IMG/VR virus record: IMGVR_UViG_2667527994_000015
Source of the DNA: a virus
Lineage: Duplodnaviria > Heunggongvirae > Uroviricota > Caudoviricetes
Strand: one strand, 5' to 3'
Length of the DNA stretch: 37,378 bases
Part shown: positions 1-10,144 of the stretch, in pieces
Layout of the letters: the number at the start of each line of letters is the position of its first letter
Numbering within the stretch: position 1 is the stretch's first letter
The notes under the pieces: model-generated
The model's database searches: none
What the model was told of the DNA's origin: nothing
The model's input: only the letters and a program-made list of their open reading frames with translations
Made by a program: the position numbers and the translations under genes

Positions 1-258
1 ATGCAAACCGTTATTTTTGGTCGTTCGGGTTGCCCTTACTGTGTGCGTGCAAAAGATCTGGCTGAGAAATTGAGCAATGAACGCGATGATTTTCAGTATC
101 AGTATGTAGATATTCGTGCGGAAGGGATCACTAAAGAAGATCTACAACAAAAGGCAGGTAAACCCGTAGAAACCGTGCCGCAGATTTTTGTCGATCAGCA
201 ACATATCGGCGGCTATACCGATTTTGCTGCATGGGTGAAAGAAAATCTGGACGCCTGA
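1..258 (+). CDS. grxA: Glutaredoxin 1
   Basis: 85-aa ORF with CPYC active-site motif (GCPYCVRAKDLA); translation matches E. coli GrxA as I recall it; stop TGA at 256..258. Confidence 0.9.
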   Translation: MQTVIFGRSGCPYCVRAKDLAEKLSNERDDFQYQYVDIRAEGITKEDLQQKAGKPVETVPQIFVDQQHIGGYTDFAAWVKENLDA

Positions 259-267
259 TCGTCTGAC

Positions 268-301
268 AAGCCCTCGCGTTGAGGGCTTTACTGATTTTTT
301 C
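268..301 (+). terminator. Intrinsic terminator downstream of grxA
   Basis: GC-rich hairpin aagccctc-gcgtt-gagggctt followed by T-run ending near 300; the ybjM stop codon lies within the stem. Confidence 0.45.
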
Positions 302-665
302 TGTGCTGTGGTTTAAACAAACTACTGATAAATAAGAAACACAGTGCCCCCAGCGCACACCAGAACACCGCGCTTAGTAACCATGCCAGCTCTTGCCAGA
401 ATGAGCGCGTCGGTGAAAAAAACAGCCGCATAATGAGCATTGAACAGGGTGCCGCCAGCATTGCGCCAAATAGAGGTTTCAGGACTTCTCTACGCTGTGA
501 AAAGAAACTGGCAACTGCTCCAGGAAGAATGAAAAACAGCAAGCCGATTTCAGGATGCCCGGCAGCCCGAAAAGCGCCTTTCATGTGCGTCGCCAGAAAA
601 AGGCACACCACAATGAAGAGGACAAAACAGCAGATTGCCCCCGCCCAACGTTGTTTATGTTTCAC
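288..665 (-). CDS. ybjM: Inner membrane protein YbjM
   Basis: 125-aa hydrophobic ORF convergent with grxA; length and sequence consistent with E. coli YbjM from memory. Confidence 0.85.
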   Translation of the reverse strand: MKHKQRWAGAICCFVLFIVVCLFLATHMKGAFRAAGHPEIGLLFFILPGAVASFFSQRREVLKPLFGAMLAAPCSMLIMRLFFSPTRSFWQELAWLLSAVFWCALGALCFLFISSLFKPQHRKNQ

Positions 666-934
666 TCGTTCCTCCTGACACTGCGTCTATCGAACACATT
701 TTTCGCCAGTGTGGCGTTCAGTAAGATAAAGCCGCTTCGCATTCCATGCTAATATAGGCCAACGCAATTCATATAGCCGTTGATACCTAATGTGATTACA
801 CTAGTAAAATATATTGTTACTTTACTATCGTTTAGGTGCGCTGAATGAATCTGCGCCCTGAATTCTGGTAAAACACATTATCGTAAATTAGCATTTCTTT
901 CAACAGCTTACTAGTAAACAAGAAGTTAGCCTCC

Positions 935-2620
935 GTGAATATAAACGTCGCCGAATTGTTAAATGGGAATTACATTCTGTTATTATTTGTGGTCCTCGCG
1001 CTTGGGCTATGTCTCGGAAAGTTACGACTTGGTTCGATCCAACTGGGTAATTCCATTGGCGTTTTAGTCGTATCGCTGTTATTAGGCCAACAACATTTCA
1101 GCATTAACACCGATGCGCTTAATCTTGGCTTTATGCTGTTTATTTTCTGCGTCGGGGTCGAAGCCGGACCGAACTTTTTTTCCATTTTTTTTCGCGATGG
1201 GAAAAATTACCTAATGTTAGCACTGGTGATGGTTGGCAGTGCGCTGGTGATCGCCTTAGGGTTAGGTAAGCTGTTTGGCTGGGATATTGGCCTGACGGCC
1301 GGTATGTTAGCAGGCTCTATGACGTCGACACCGGTTCTGGTCGGTGCTGGCGATACACTGCATCATTCCGGCATGGAAAGCAGGCAGCTCTCACTGGCAC
1401 TGGATAATCTGAGCCTCGGGTATGCCTTAACCTATTTAATCGGTCTGGTGAGTTTGATTGTTGGTGCGCGTTACTTGCCGAAATTGCAGCATCAGGACTT
1501 ACAGACCAGCGCCCAGCAAATCGCCCGCGAACGTGGCCTGGACACTGATGCCAACCGTAAGGTTTATTTACCGGTGATCCGCGCCTATCGCGTCGGCCCG
1601 GAGCTGGTGGCCTGGACCGACGGCAAAAATCTGCGTGAACTGGGTATTTATCGACAAACCGGCTGCTACATTGAACGTATTCGACGTAACGGGATTCTGG
1701 CAAATCCAGACGGTGATGCCGTGCTACAAATGGGCGATGAAATAGCGTTGGTAGGCTATCCCGACGCCCATGCCCGACTCGATCCCAGCTTCCGTAACGG
1801 TAAAGAAGTTTTCGATCGTGACCTTCTCGACATGCGTATCGTCACTGAAGAAGTGGTCGTTAAAAACCATAACGCTGTAGGTAAACGTCTCGCACAACTG
1901 AAGTTGACCGATCACGGTTGCTTCCTTAACCGCGTCATTCGTAGCCAGATTGAGATGCCGATAGATGACAACGTCGTGCTTAACAAAGGTGACGTTTTAC
2001 AAGTCAGCGGTGATGCCCGTCGCGTAAAAACCATCGCCGATCGCATCGGCTTTATCTCGATTCACAGCCAGGTCACTGACCTGCTGGCATTTTGCGCCTT
2101 CTTTGTTATTGGGCTGATGATCGGGATGATCACCTTCCAGTTCAGCACATTCAGTTTCGGCATGGGGAACGCTGCCGGGTTGTTATTCGCCGGAATTATG
2201 CTGGGCTTTATGCGTGCTAACCACCCGACCTTCGGTTACATTCCGCAAGGTGCATTAAGCATGGTGAAAGAGTTCGGCTTGATGGTGTTTATGGCAGGCG
2301 TTGGTCTGAGCGCCGGTAGCGGTATTAATAACGGCCTGGGCGCGATTGGCGGTCAGATGTTGATTGCCGGATTAATTGTCAGTCTTGTGCCCGTGGTTAT
2401 CTGTTTCTTGTTCGGTGCTTATGTATTGCGAATGAACCGCGCACTGTTGTTCGGCGCAATGATGGGCGCACGCACCTGCGCGCCGGCAATGGAGATCATC
2501 AGTGATACAGCTCGCAGTAACATCCCTGCGCTGGGCTATGCGGGCACCTACGCAATCGCCAACGTCCTGCTGACGCTGGCAGGGACAATCATCGTCATGG
2601 TATGGCCAGGATTAGGATAA
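935..2620 (+). CDS. ybjL: Putative transporter YbjL (AAE-family membrane protein with central TrkA-C-like soluble domains)
   Basis: 561-aa ORF starting with GTG (MNINVAELL...), hydrophobic N- and C-terminal halves flanking a soluble middle; matches E. coli YbjL from memory. Confidence 0.9.
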
Positions 2621-2732
2621 AACTGAAGTTGCCCTGAAAATGAAATTTTTTTGCACAACCGCAGAACTTTTCCGCAGGGCATCAGTCTTAATTAGTGCCA
2701 CTGCTTTTCTTTGATGTCCCCATTTTGTGGAG

Positions 2733-2777
2733 CCCATCAACCCCGCCATTTCGGTTCAAGGTTGATGGGTTTTTTAT
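2733..2777 (+). terminator. Intrinsic terminator downstream of ybjL
   Basis: Inverted repeat cccatcaacc ... ggttgatggg followed by tttttt at about 2770..2776. Confidence 0.5.
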
Positions 2778-2833
2778 TGCCTGAAATTTATGCCTTTTAA
2801 AATCATGATGTTAGAAGCACTGTTTTTTAACGA

Positions 2834-2855
2834 TGGCGACAAATTGGCGGCAGCG
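2834..2855. repeat. attR core (tggcgacaaaTtggcggcagcg)
   Basis: 22-bp sequence repeated at 37339..37360 with a single mismatch (t vs g at position 11); lies immediately next to the ogr stop codon, as attP does in P2. Confidence 0.6.
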
Positions 2856-3074
2856 TCAAAGAGAGAGCGCCACCTGTCCTGATTTCATTGGATGCGGCTG
2901 AACCGGATTTGACTCTTTTGGCGTTGCAATCGAACGAACAAAAGTTTCATGGGTAACAAAAGTATGGCTGCAGTTAATGTTCTGGCACTGGTTGTAACGC
3001 TCTTTGGTCAATGAAGATACCTGAAAACTGCTGCGAGTATGGGCGGCACTTCCACACAGTGGGCAAATCATCAT
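2856..3074 (-). CDS. ogr: Late gene transcriptional activator, Ogr/B family zinc-finger protein
   Basis: 72-aa product from the internal ATG (MMICPLCGSAAHTRSS...CQNINCSHTF), a C4 zinc finger; position between D and att as in P2. The ORF track shows a longer 83-aa version from an upstream start. Confidence 0.8.
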   Translation of the reverse strand: MMICPLCGSAAHTRSSFQVSSLTKERYNQCQNINCSHTFVTHETFVRSIATPKESNPVQPHPMKSGQVALSL

Positions 3075-3164
3075 TTTTCGAGTTCTCCCCATTTTTGCTA
3101 AATTCACAATAATGATACCGCATTATTCCATTTTGAAAACTTAAAAGTTCTCCATTGCGAAGAA

Positions 3165-4265
3165 TCATTCCATTTCGAAATCATCAATCTTCACTTCAAG
3201 CTCCAGACTGGTCGTAAAACCGTTATCCGGGCTGACGGTATGTGTCAGAGTCGTAATGGTCCATTCCGCATCATCTATCGGCTGTTTAAAACCACTGACC
3301 TTCACAGGCATTTCCGTGTAGAGATCTGCCCGCCCTTCCGCCAGTTGTAGCGAGAATGACGCAACGCCGCGTTGCAGGCGTTCCCACTGCATTTTTGCCG
3401 CTCGTTCGGCGTTGCTCCGGTTGGCATAAGTGCGATTAAGTACCAGCACGTTTTCATCCGTCCCCACCAGGTAATCGCCCTGCTTCGCTTCCGGCTCTTT
3501 CTTCTGCTTCTTAGTCCTGCGCTTACGCTTCACCGTAGTGCTTTCTTTCTTCGCGGGTTCGCGGGTATGCAACCAGCTGGCAATTACCCCCGTGTAGGCT
3601 CCGCGATCTGCCAGGGTAAAGCGGTGACTGTCGCCGTCCTTGCGTGTGATAGTGATCACCGGCAGTGGTTTACCAGTGGCGCTTTTGCCCTGTCCCTGCC
3701 GGATGAATAACAGATTGCCATTTTTCACCGACGCGATGGCACCGTACTGGCGCGCCAGCCGCATCAGAAAACTGCCGTCACTCTCATTAGTCTGGTCTAT
3801 ATGCTCCACGGGCTTATCCGACAGGTCTTTACCCAGTGCCATCTTCAGCTTGTGACGCGCGGCTATTTCCTTCACCACTTCCCCGACAGTGGTCTTGTGC
3901 CACGATTTTTCACGGCGGGTATTCAGCGTTTCCCTAAAATCAGCACTTCGCGCCCGAATAGTCAGGCGATCCGGTGCGCCAGTGTGTTCAATCTCGTCCA
4001 CTGTGAATGCCCCTTTCGGGAAAAGCGGCTGCCCCTTCCAGCCCAGCGCCAGCGTGATGACCGCACCACGGCGCGGCAGCACGATTTTTCCGTCGGCGTC
4101 GTCCAGCTCCAGATCAAGCTGGTCCGCTTCAAAGCCCCGATTATCCGTCAGCGTAAGCCCCATCAGGCGGTTGTCCAGCACAGTGGTGATATCCTTGCCT
4201 TCAATACTGATGCTGAATGCGGGAGTTTTGTTGCCTTTGTTAAGCAGTTCAGAGCTGAAATTCAC
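3165..4265 (-). CDS. D: Tail protein gpD
   Basis: 366-aa ORF at the end of the FI-FII-E-T-U-D tail operon, start overlapping the U stop (ATGA); P2 gpD-like by position and size. Confidence 0.85.
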   Translation of the reverse strand: MNFSSELLNKGNKTPAFSISIEGKDITTVLDNRLMGLTLTDNRGFEADQLDLELDDADGKIVLPRRGAVITLALGWKGQPLFPKGAFTVDEIEHTGAPDRLTIRARSADFRETLNTRREKSWHKTTVGEVVKEIAARHKLKMALGKDLSDKPVEHIDQTNESDGSFLMRLARQYGAIASVKNGNLLFIRQGQGKSATGKPLPVITITRKDGDSHRFTLADRGAYTGVIASWLHTREPAKKESTTVKRKRRTKKQKKEPEAKQGDYLVGTDENVLVLNRTYANRSNAERAAKMQWERLQRGVASFSLQLAEGRADLYTEMPVKVSGFKQPIDDAEWTITTLTHTVSPDNGFTTSLELEVKIDDFEME

Positions 4266-4747
4266 GACAGCAGCTCTCCCACCGTTTTACTGATATCGCT
4301 TAAGGCAGACGTTGCCGTATCCTGCAAATTATTCAGCTGCGCACTGAGATCACCGAACATATCGGACAGGGATTCATCCACCCGTTTGAGCGACAGGGTG
4401 AACTCAATCCGGCGCGGCATACCATCGCGGAAAAACTCCGTTTTAGTCTGATTCAGTCCCTCAATCACATACATGCCGTAAATCGTGCCGCTGCCTTCAA
4501 TCAGGGGCCATGCTTTTCCCTGTTCTGCCATCTGCTCCAGAGCCAGCAACGACAGCCTGCCGCCCGTTATCTCTGGCATAAGAACACCAGAAAGCGTCAG
4601 CATGTCGTTGTCCGGTCCCAGAAACTGCGTGGACGGACGTCGGTTGACCCGGCTGTTTGCCGCATGTCGCCAGCTGCGTTGATACTGCAGTTCCTGATAC
4701 GGCACAGTGCGCAGCATAAACACGTACAATCCCAGCACCATCATCAT
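4262..4747 (-). CDS. U: Tail protein gpU
   Basis: 161-aa ORF between T and D with overlapping stop/start codons; P2 gpU-like position and size. Confidence 0.85.
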   Translation of the reverse strand: MMMVLGLYVFMLRTVPYQELQYQRSWRHAANSRVNRRPSTQFLGPDNDMLTLSGVLMPEITGGRLSLLALEQMAEQGKAWPLIEGSGTIYGMYVIEGLNQTKTEFFRDGMPRRIEFTLSLKRVDESLSDMFGDLSAQLNNLQDTATSALSDISKTVGELLS

Positions 4748-7700
4748 GCGTCGTATCCCCCCTGATCGCTGTAGTTACTCCTGGCTTTTGCCTTCAGCCT
4801 GCGCTCACGTTCATCAAGCTGACGTGCCACCTCCCGCGCAATATCCTGCGCACTTTGTCCTGGCTGCGTCTGAATGATGATCTGCGTCGGTGCCTCAATC
4901 CGCTGAACGGGCGGCACAGTGGCTGCACGACTCGCCATCGCTTCGCCGCCTTTCGCGGGAAGTGCCAAAGGGTGCAACGGTGGAAGCTCTGCTGGCGCGG
5001 CAGCAACGCCCATCATTCCGGCAACAACGGCAGCCAGTGCAGCTGTATTTCTCCGGCTGGTCACATTTGCCGGGCCGTTAACAATTTCCGGCCCGTTTTC
5101 ACCGACGATGCCAAACTGCCCGCGCGGGATATACCCGCCGCTGTCATACATCCCCGCAAAGCCATATCCCCATGACGGAAAACCACCCGATGGCATCATC
5201 ACTTTACCGTCTGCATTCACCGTCGCAGGTTGCTGACGCGTCACGCTTTCCGGCAGTTTCGCCTTTGCAGCTTCTTTACTGACAATGCCGAGTTTATCCA
5301 GCAACCAGGAAACACCGGATTTCAGGGAGTCCAGCGGATGCATGACCATATTCAGCCCTTCCGCCAGTGCCTCCCCGAATCGTCGCCCCATTGCCGCTGC
5401 GCTCTGCAGCTCGGCAGAGGTCGACTTAACAGGCGTCAGCAGATTAGTAAACCAGCCCCACAGCGCCTGTACTTTGTCGCCAATCCACTGAAACACAGGC
5501 TTAAGTGGTTCGAATGCAGCACTGATGGGACCTGCCGCCGCTTTGAATCCTTCCACCACGCCACCGAGAAATGCGGTGATGGGTTGCCAGTATTTCCAGA
5601 TAACCAGCGCCACGCCTGCCAGTGCAGTAACCACAAGACCTATTGGACTGAGCAGAGCACCTAACAGACCAGATATGGCATACAGGGCAACGCGCAGCAT
5701 CGCCAGCGGACCGGATGCCAGCACACGAAGCACCGCGCCTGCGGCAGCCAGTCCACCGCGCAGTACCACCAGAGGATTCATAAACATCACAGCAACAGCA
5801 CGTAAACCGGATAATCCAGACCGCAATAGTGCAACCGGCGCACCTGCTACAGTTTTCAGGACATTCCCCGTCAGTGATGCCGTGCGACGCAAAGACGACA
5901 ACGGCGCAGTAAGTAAACCCGCTGCGTTGCCCGATGAAGCAAGCCCGCGTCGCAGCAGTGCCAGTGGTGCGCCAGCCAGCCAGGACAACGCGCTGCTGGT
6001 TCGGGTTACTGCTGCCGTAACGGAAGGTAACGTTTTGATACCCAACACAGAGAATCCCAGACGGATGACTGCCAGCGGCCCCAGCACTGCAGCCAGCGCC
6101 ACCGCTAAGGTGCCGAGGCCTACGGTAACCGCAGCCACAATAGCCGCTACTTTCATCAGTGTGCCTGTCAGTTCCGGGTTAGCTTCCACCCAGCGGCGCA
6201 ACGCCCCCGTAATGCTTTTCACCGTGTACAGAATATCCATCAGCGGTTGGCGCAGCGTTTCGCCCAGGCTGCTGAAGGTGTTCTGCGCTCCGGTTTTGAC
6301 CAGCAACCACTGAGCAGAAAGTGAGTCTTTGTTGATGTCGGATTCTTTCTGCATGGAACCGAGCGCATCATTGCCCGCTGTCAGTTTTAGCTGGCGCTGT
6401 AGTTCCGGCAGGTTGTTTGCCAGTTTCGCTGCGTCATCGCCAAACTCTTTACCAAACAACATGGTCATGGCAGACAGGCGCTTATCCTGCGGCAGTGCGT
6501 TCACCTTCTCCAGCACACGCTGGATAGTTCCCATCGCATCCTTCGTCATCTGCTTTTCAATCACTTCAGGATTGAGTTTCAGCAGATTCATCCCTTCAAA
6601 GAAACTCTTGCTTTGCATGGTGGCAATGGACAATTCACGCACCATCGCGTTTGCTGCACTGGCTGCAACCTCCGGCGCAGCGCCCAGTGTCAGGAAGGTG
6701 GAACCCAGCGCCGCCGCTTTACGATAATCCAGACGATCAGCCACACCGCCCAGGCGTTGCATGACATCGATGATGTCTGCCCCTTTCGACATGGCGTTAT
6801 CATCCAGATAGTTCAGCGCATCACCGAGCTGTTCAATATTGCGTGTAGGGATTTTGTAGAGCTGGGCGATTTTCCCCAGACTTTCTGACAGTTCATCCGC
6901 TGGCAGCTCAAAAGCTGTTGCCGCCTTTGCTGCCGTACTGGCAAAGGCCAAAAGGTCACGTTTCTGGTCTTCCCAGCTGTCGTCAGGGTTTGCGACGTTC
7001 ATGCGCGCACCACCTTCAACCAGTGCGGCGAAGTCCACAGCACCATTTTCCATCGGTAACTGTTCGCTGGCAGCCTTGATGGCATCCTGCATTTCATAAA
7101 AACGTGCAGTACGGTTTCCATTATCATCACGCAGACCATTGACCTGCTTTGCCACACCTTTCATGGCATCTTCCATGCTGGTATAGCTTTTTACTGCCGC
7201 CATCACTGGTGCGCCCATTGCCAGCCCTGCAGCCGTGGTGGTGGCTCCGGCACCTGCAATACGATCACGCACCTCCAGTGAACGGGCATAACTGGCACGC
7301 GCCGCATTCATCCTGCGCTGAGCTTCCCCCAGTCGCTTCAGCCGCGCCTCCTGTTTCGACAATTCCTGGTTATAACGTGATGTTTCACGGGCTAAACGGG
7401 CAGTTGCTCCCGCATCATCTTTCGCAGAAATTCCCGCCCGGTACAGTTCTGCACGCACAAGCGCCGTTTGCTTCTGCAAATATTTTTGTTGTTCTTCCAG
7501 GCGTTGGACTGCCAGCCTTTGCCGACCTAAAGCCACAAGGTGCCGTTGTGATGGTTGTTCCATCGACTCCAGCTCACAGCTAAGCAAATTAGCCTTCTGT
7601 CTGGCATAGTTCAGCCTGTCGCCTAACTTCTTGTTATCGGCCTGCAGCTTGCGAAATTTTTCCAGGCTGTTACCCGCCTGATTGAGTTGCTTTAATGCGT

Positions 7701-7824
7701 CACGGGAGTTTCTGATTGCGCCAGCCAGCTCTTTCGAACTGGCCTGTGCAGCACGGAATGGGCGGGTGAGTTTGTCAACCGCATTAAGAATGACCTGCAG
7801 CCGCAGGTTGTTATCACTCATCAT
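4744..7824 (-). CDS. T: Tail tape measure protein gpT
   Basis: 1026-aa Ala/Gly-rich protein with N-terminal coiled-coil region, downstream of E/E'; the many opposite-strand ORFs here are shadow ORFs of this high-GC gene. Confidence 0.9.
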   Translation of the reverse strand: MMSDNNLRLQVILNAVDKLTRPFRAAQASSKELAGAIRNSRDALKQLNQAGNSLEKFRKLQADNKKLGDRLNYARQKANLLSCELESMEQPSQRHLVALGRQRLAVQRLEEQQKYLQKQTALVRAELYRAGISAKDDAGATARLARETSRYNQELSKQEARLKRLGEAQRRMNAARASYARSLEVRDRIAGAGATTTAAGLAMGAPVMAAVKSYTSMEDAMKGVAKQVNGLRDDNGNRTARFYEMQDAIKAASEQLPMENGAVDFAALVEGGARMNVANPDDSWEDQKRDLLAFASTAAKAATAFELPADELSESLGKIAQLYKIPTRNIEQLGDALNYLDDNAMSKGADIIDVMQRLGGVADRLDYRKAAALGSTFLTLGAAPEVAASAANAMVRELSIATMQSKSFFEGMNLLKLNPEVIEKQMTKDAMGTIQRVLEKVNALPQDKRLSAMTMLFGKEFGDDAAKLANNLPELQRQLKLTAGNDALGSMQKESDINKDSLSAQWLLVKTGAQNTFSSLGETLRQPLMDILYTVKSITGALRRWVEANPELTGTLMKVAAIVAAVTVGLGTLAVALAAVLGPLAVIRLGFSVLGIKTLPSVTAAVTRTSSALSWLAGAPLALLRRGLASSGNAAGLLTAPLSSLRRTASLTGNVLKTVAGAPVALLRSGLSGLRAVAVMFMNPLVVLRGGLAAAGAVLRVLASGPLAMLRVALYAISGLLGALLSPIGLVVTALAGVALVIWKYWQPITAFLGGVVEGFKAAAGPISAAFEPLKPVFQWIGDKVQALWGWFTNLLTPVKSTSAELQSAAAMGRRFGEALAEGLNMVMHPLDSLKSGVSWLLDKLGIVSKEAAKAKLPESVTRQQPATVNADGKVMMPSGGFPSWGYGFAGMYDSGGYIPRGQFGIVGENGPEIVNGPANVTSRRNTAALAAVVAGMMGVAAAPAELPPLHPLALPAKGGEAMASRAATVPPVQRIEAPTQIIIQTQPGQSAQDIAREVARQLDERERRLKAKARSNYSDQGGYDA

Positions 7825-8250
7825 TGGCCCCGCTTCTCTGAATCGCTTTATACCGCCATTCCAGTACTTCGGTCAGCGGCATAACGTCAGTAACGGATGG
7901 CGGCCAGTGAAAAATGGTGGCGATATCTGCCACCAGATCGTCAACCGTCAGGCTGTCGGTAAACCGGCAAGCACCGACTTCTTCAACAAAAAAGTGACAA
8001 CCTCAACCGACATGGCGGTGAGATCTGCCGGGTCCATCTCTGCAATTTCCTGTGCGGTCAGTGCCGGGCTGGAGATGCGGGGGATCACGGTCATCATCGC
8101 GTTCACATCCATATCCATAATGGCCTGCAGGCGTGTACCGCGCAGCGCACCGGACTGCGGTTTACGCAGCACAATTTCGGTAATTTCTGTTTTACCGCGC
8201 TTGATAGGGGTATCCAGTTGAATGGTCTTTTCAGTCTGCTTATCGCTCAT
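7814..8250 (-). CDS. E+E': Tail assembly chaperone gpE+E' (-1 programmed frameshift product)
   Basis: After a -1 slip at the minus-strand heptamer TTTTTTG (plus coordinates 7987..7993) the frame stays open to a TGA at 7814..7816, overlapping the T start; predicted product about 142 aa, the size of P2 E+E'. Confidence 0.6.
7948..8250 (-). CDS. E: Tail assembly chaperone gpE (in-frame product)
   Basis: 100-aa ORF between FII and T; contains T-TTT-TTG slippery heptamer near its 3' end. Confidence 0.8.
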   Translation of the reverse strand: MSDKQTEKTIQLDTPIKRGKTEITEIVLRKPQSGALRGTRLQAIMDMDVNAMMTVIPRISSPALTAQEIAEMDPADLTAMSVEVVTFLLKKSVLAGLPTA

Positions 8251-8304
8251 TTTGTTGTCCTGTGAATTGGGTTCTGGCGCGGAATCCCGCGCCGTTCAGA
8301 TACA

Positions 8305-8820
8305 TCAGAGGCCGAGGGCGTTGCGGTGCGCTTCCATCAGGTCCACACCGTCCACAATTTCCACCATGTTGATAAGGTCCACTTCATAGAGCACCTCACC
8401 ATTGATGGTCAGCTTCGCGTAGCTGTTGGTACTGGTCACTTTGGTGGTGTTGCTTTCGCCCGTCTTCCACTCACCGGAATCCACTTCTTTGTGACGTCCA
8501 CGTACCACAAGCTCCACGGGCTGCACTTCCCCGGTATCGTCACGCTGGATAGAGCCGGTAAAGCGCAGCTGGATGCCATCCACCGTGGCTTTGCCCATCT
8601 GCTTAAACAGCAGCAGTTCAGTACCACCAATGGAAAATTCTGTATCCAGTGCACTGTCATCCAGTCCCAGATCCACATCCACCGCCCCCGGCATACCGCC
8701 GCCGCGATACTTCTCATATTTGCGGGTGAATTTCGGCAGCGTCAGCGACTCAACGATTCCCTGCCAGTTGTTCCCGTCGTTAAACAGGTTCAGATGTTTT
8801 AATTTGCGTGGTAAAGCCAT
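8305..8820 (-). CDS. FII: Major tail tube protein FII
   Basis: 171-aa ORF directly downstream of the sheath gene; P2 FII-like size and position. Confidence 0.9.
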   Translation of the reverse strand: MALPRKLKHLNLFNDGNNWQGIVESLTLPKFTRKYEKYRGGGMPGAVDVDLGLDDSALDTEFSIGGTELLLFKQMGKATVDGIQLRFTGSIQRDDTGEVQPVELVVRGRHKEVDSGEWKTGESNTTKVTSTNSYAKLTINGEVLYEVDLINMVEIVDGVDLMEAHRNALGL

Positions 8821-8829
8821 GTTGTCCCC

Positions 8830-10002
8830 TTACGCGCTGACCTGGCTGGCGAAATTCACCAGGTACTGATCGGTGATGCGCTGGCGCAGCATCAGATTTT
8901 CAAGTGGCGGCACTGGCGTGTAGTCGTAGTCGATGGTGAGTTTTCCGGCTTTAAGCGTGTCTTTGTCGTTCACCGACTCATCCAGCCAGCAATCACCACC
9001 AATGAGATAGCCCTGACTGACCAGGTTGCGCATTTTGGCGCGGATACCTTCGATAATGTCGCGGGCCAGCGACGGGTTCAGCGGTTTGTCCACCGCCCAC
9101 ATATGTGCTTCTGCCATTGTGTCCATCAGTACCTGCGCTGTGCGGGTGTAGTTTTCGAAGGCAAAAAGCGGATCATCGCTCAGACAGCGGGAACCCCAGA
9201 AGCGGAAACCATCCTTGCGCACAAGCGTGGTGACGTCGTTCTGGTTAAGCAGTCCCGCATCGGTTGCCGGGTCCTGCAGATCCCAGAACACATCAGCAGA
9301 AATTCCGGTGACACCGTTCACGCCCACGTTGGACAGGCTTTTGTGCCACCCGGTCTGCTCATCAATTTTGGCACGCAGACCAAGCGCACGGGCGGTGGCA
9401 TATGCCGTTGCTTCGGCATTCAGCACCGTGTCCCAGCCAGTAAAGTCGGGCCAGATCAGCATCCCTTCGCGCTGGCTGAAGTTTTCACGGTAAGTGATTG
9501 CCTCCTGCACAGTCTTGCAGCCATACGCTGACAGGTAAGCAAACCCACGCAGGCTTTGCGCCACACTCAGCAACTCAGTAGCTACCGCCTTGGTGTCGTG
9601 ACCTGGTACACCCAGAATGCGCGGTTTAACGCCGAGCTGTGACTGAGCAGATAACAGAGCTTTCATGCCTGTTTTTTTACCTTCAGCAGTCACTGCGCCG
9701 ATGATATTGGTCGTGGTTTCTTCTTCCGTTTCACCCTGCGGCACACGCACAACAACGGTCACGGGTTTTGCCTGGTCAGCGATGGCATCCAGCGAACGGG
9801 CCAGCGTGCCGGACTCACCCGCTTTACCGCTGGCAGTCAGCACATCAGTGATCAGCACGGGTTTATTAAGAGGAAACATTTTTGCATCGGCATCATCGCC
9901 CGTGCAGACCATACCCACGATGGCGGTGCTCACCGTGGTAATGGATCGGGTGCCTTCGTTGACTTCAACAACGCGCACCCCGTGGTGGTAATCCTGAGCC
10001 AT
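8830..10002 (-). CDS. FI: Tail sheath protein FI
   Basis: 390-aa ORF at the start of the tail operon; P2 FI-like size and position. Confidence 0.9.
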   Translation of the reverse strand: MAQDYHHGVRVVEVNEGTRSITTVSTAIVGMVCTGDDADAKMFPLNKPVLITDVLTASGKAGESGTLARSLDAIADQAKPVTVVVRVPQGETEEETTTNIIGAVTAEGKKTGMKALLSAQSQLGVKPRILGVPGHDTKAVATELLSVAQSLRGFAYLSAYGCKTVQEAITYRENFSQREGMLIWPDFTGWDTVLNAEATAYATARALGLRAKIDEQTGWHKSLSNVGVNGVTGISADVFWDLQDPATDAGLLNQNDVTTLVRKDGFRFWGSRCLSDDPLFAFENYTRTAQVLMDTMAEAHMWAVDKPLNPSLARDIIEGIRAKMRNLVSQGYLIGGDCWLDESVNDKDTLKAGKLTIDYDYTPVPPLENLMLRQRITDQYLVNFASQVSA

Positions 10003-10078
10003 AGTGGCGAACCTCCTGATTGGATTAGGCTTCGCCCTATGTTGAAGTGATTGTGCCTGACAAACAGCTAAGCGCAGT

Positions 10079-10096
10079 TGTACCGTTATTCACACA
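10079..10096. promoter_or_regulatory. Putative late-promoter activator (Ogr/B) binding site upstream of FI (P_F)
   Basis: tgtaccgttattcacaca matches TGT-N12-ACA; dyad centre about 85 nt upstream of the FI ATG; near-identical motif copies at 16132..16149 and 23392..23409. Confidence 0.5.
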
Positions 10097-10144
10097 AAAT
10101 GACGGTATTTGTCTGCTTTCAGGGATAATCAAAATAAAGCTGAT

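Noticed and set aside
433-752. Plus-strand ORFs of 81 and 65 aa overlapping ybjM
   Set aside because: Antisense to the well-supported ybjM ORF, no SD, and Arg/Cys-rich low-complexity translation.
2621-2855. Possible tRNA gene at the prophage integration site
   Set aside because: P2-family phages often integrate into tRNA genes, but I could not find a cloverleaf-compatible sequence with a CCA-proximal acceptor stem here; the hairpin at 2733..2769 is followed by a T-run and looks like a terminator. A tRNAscan run would be decisive.
5525-6313. Long plus-strand ORF (262 aa, Ala/Pro/Ser/Thr-rich) and several similar ORFs between 4855 and 7583
   Set aside because: They lie antisense within the high-GC tape-measure gene T, whose reading frame is continuous for 1026 codons; their low-complexity composition is typical of shadow ORFs.
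8326-8802. 158-aa plus-strand ORF, and similar ORFs antisense to FI, N and O (for example 9103..9531, 21921..22583)
   Set aside because: Fully contained antisense within strongly supported structural genes; no start signals; His/Gln/Arg-rich shadow-ORF composition.
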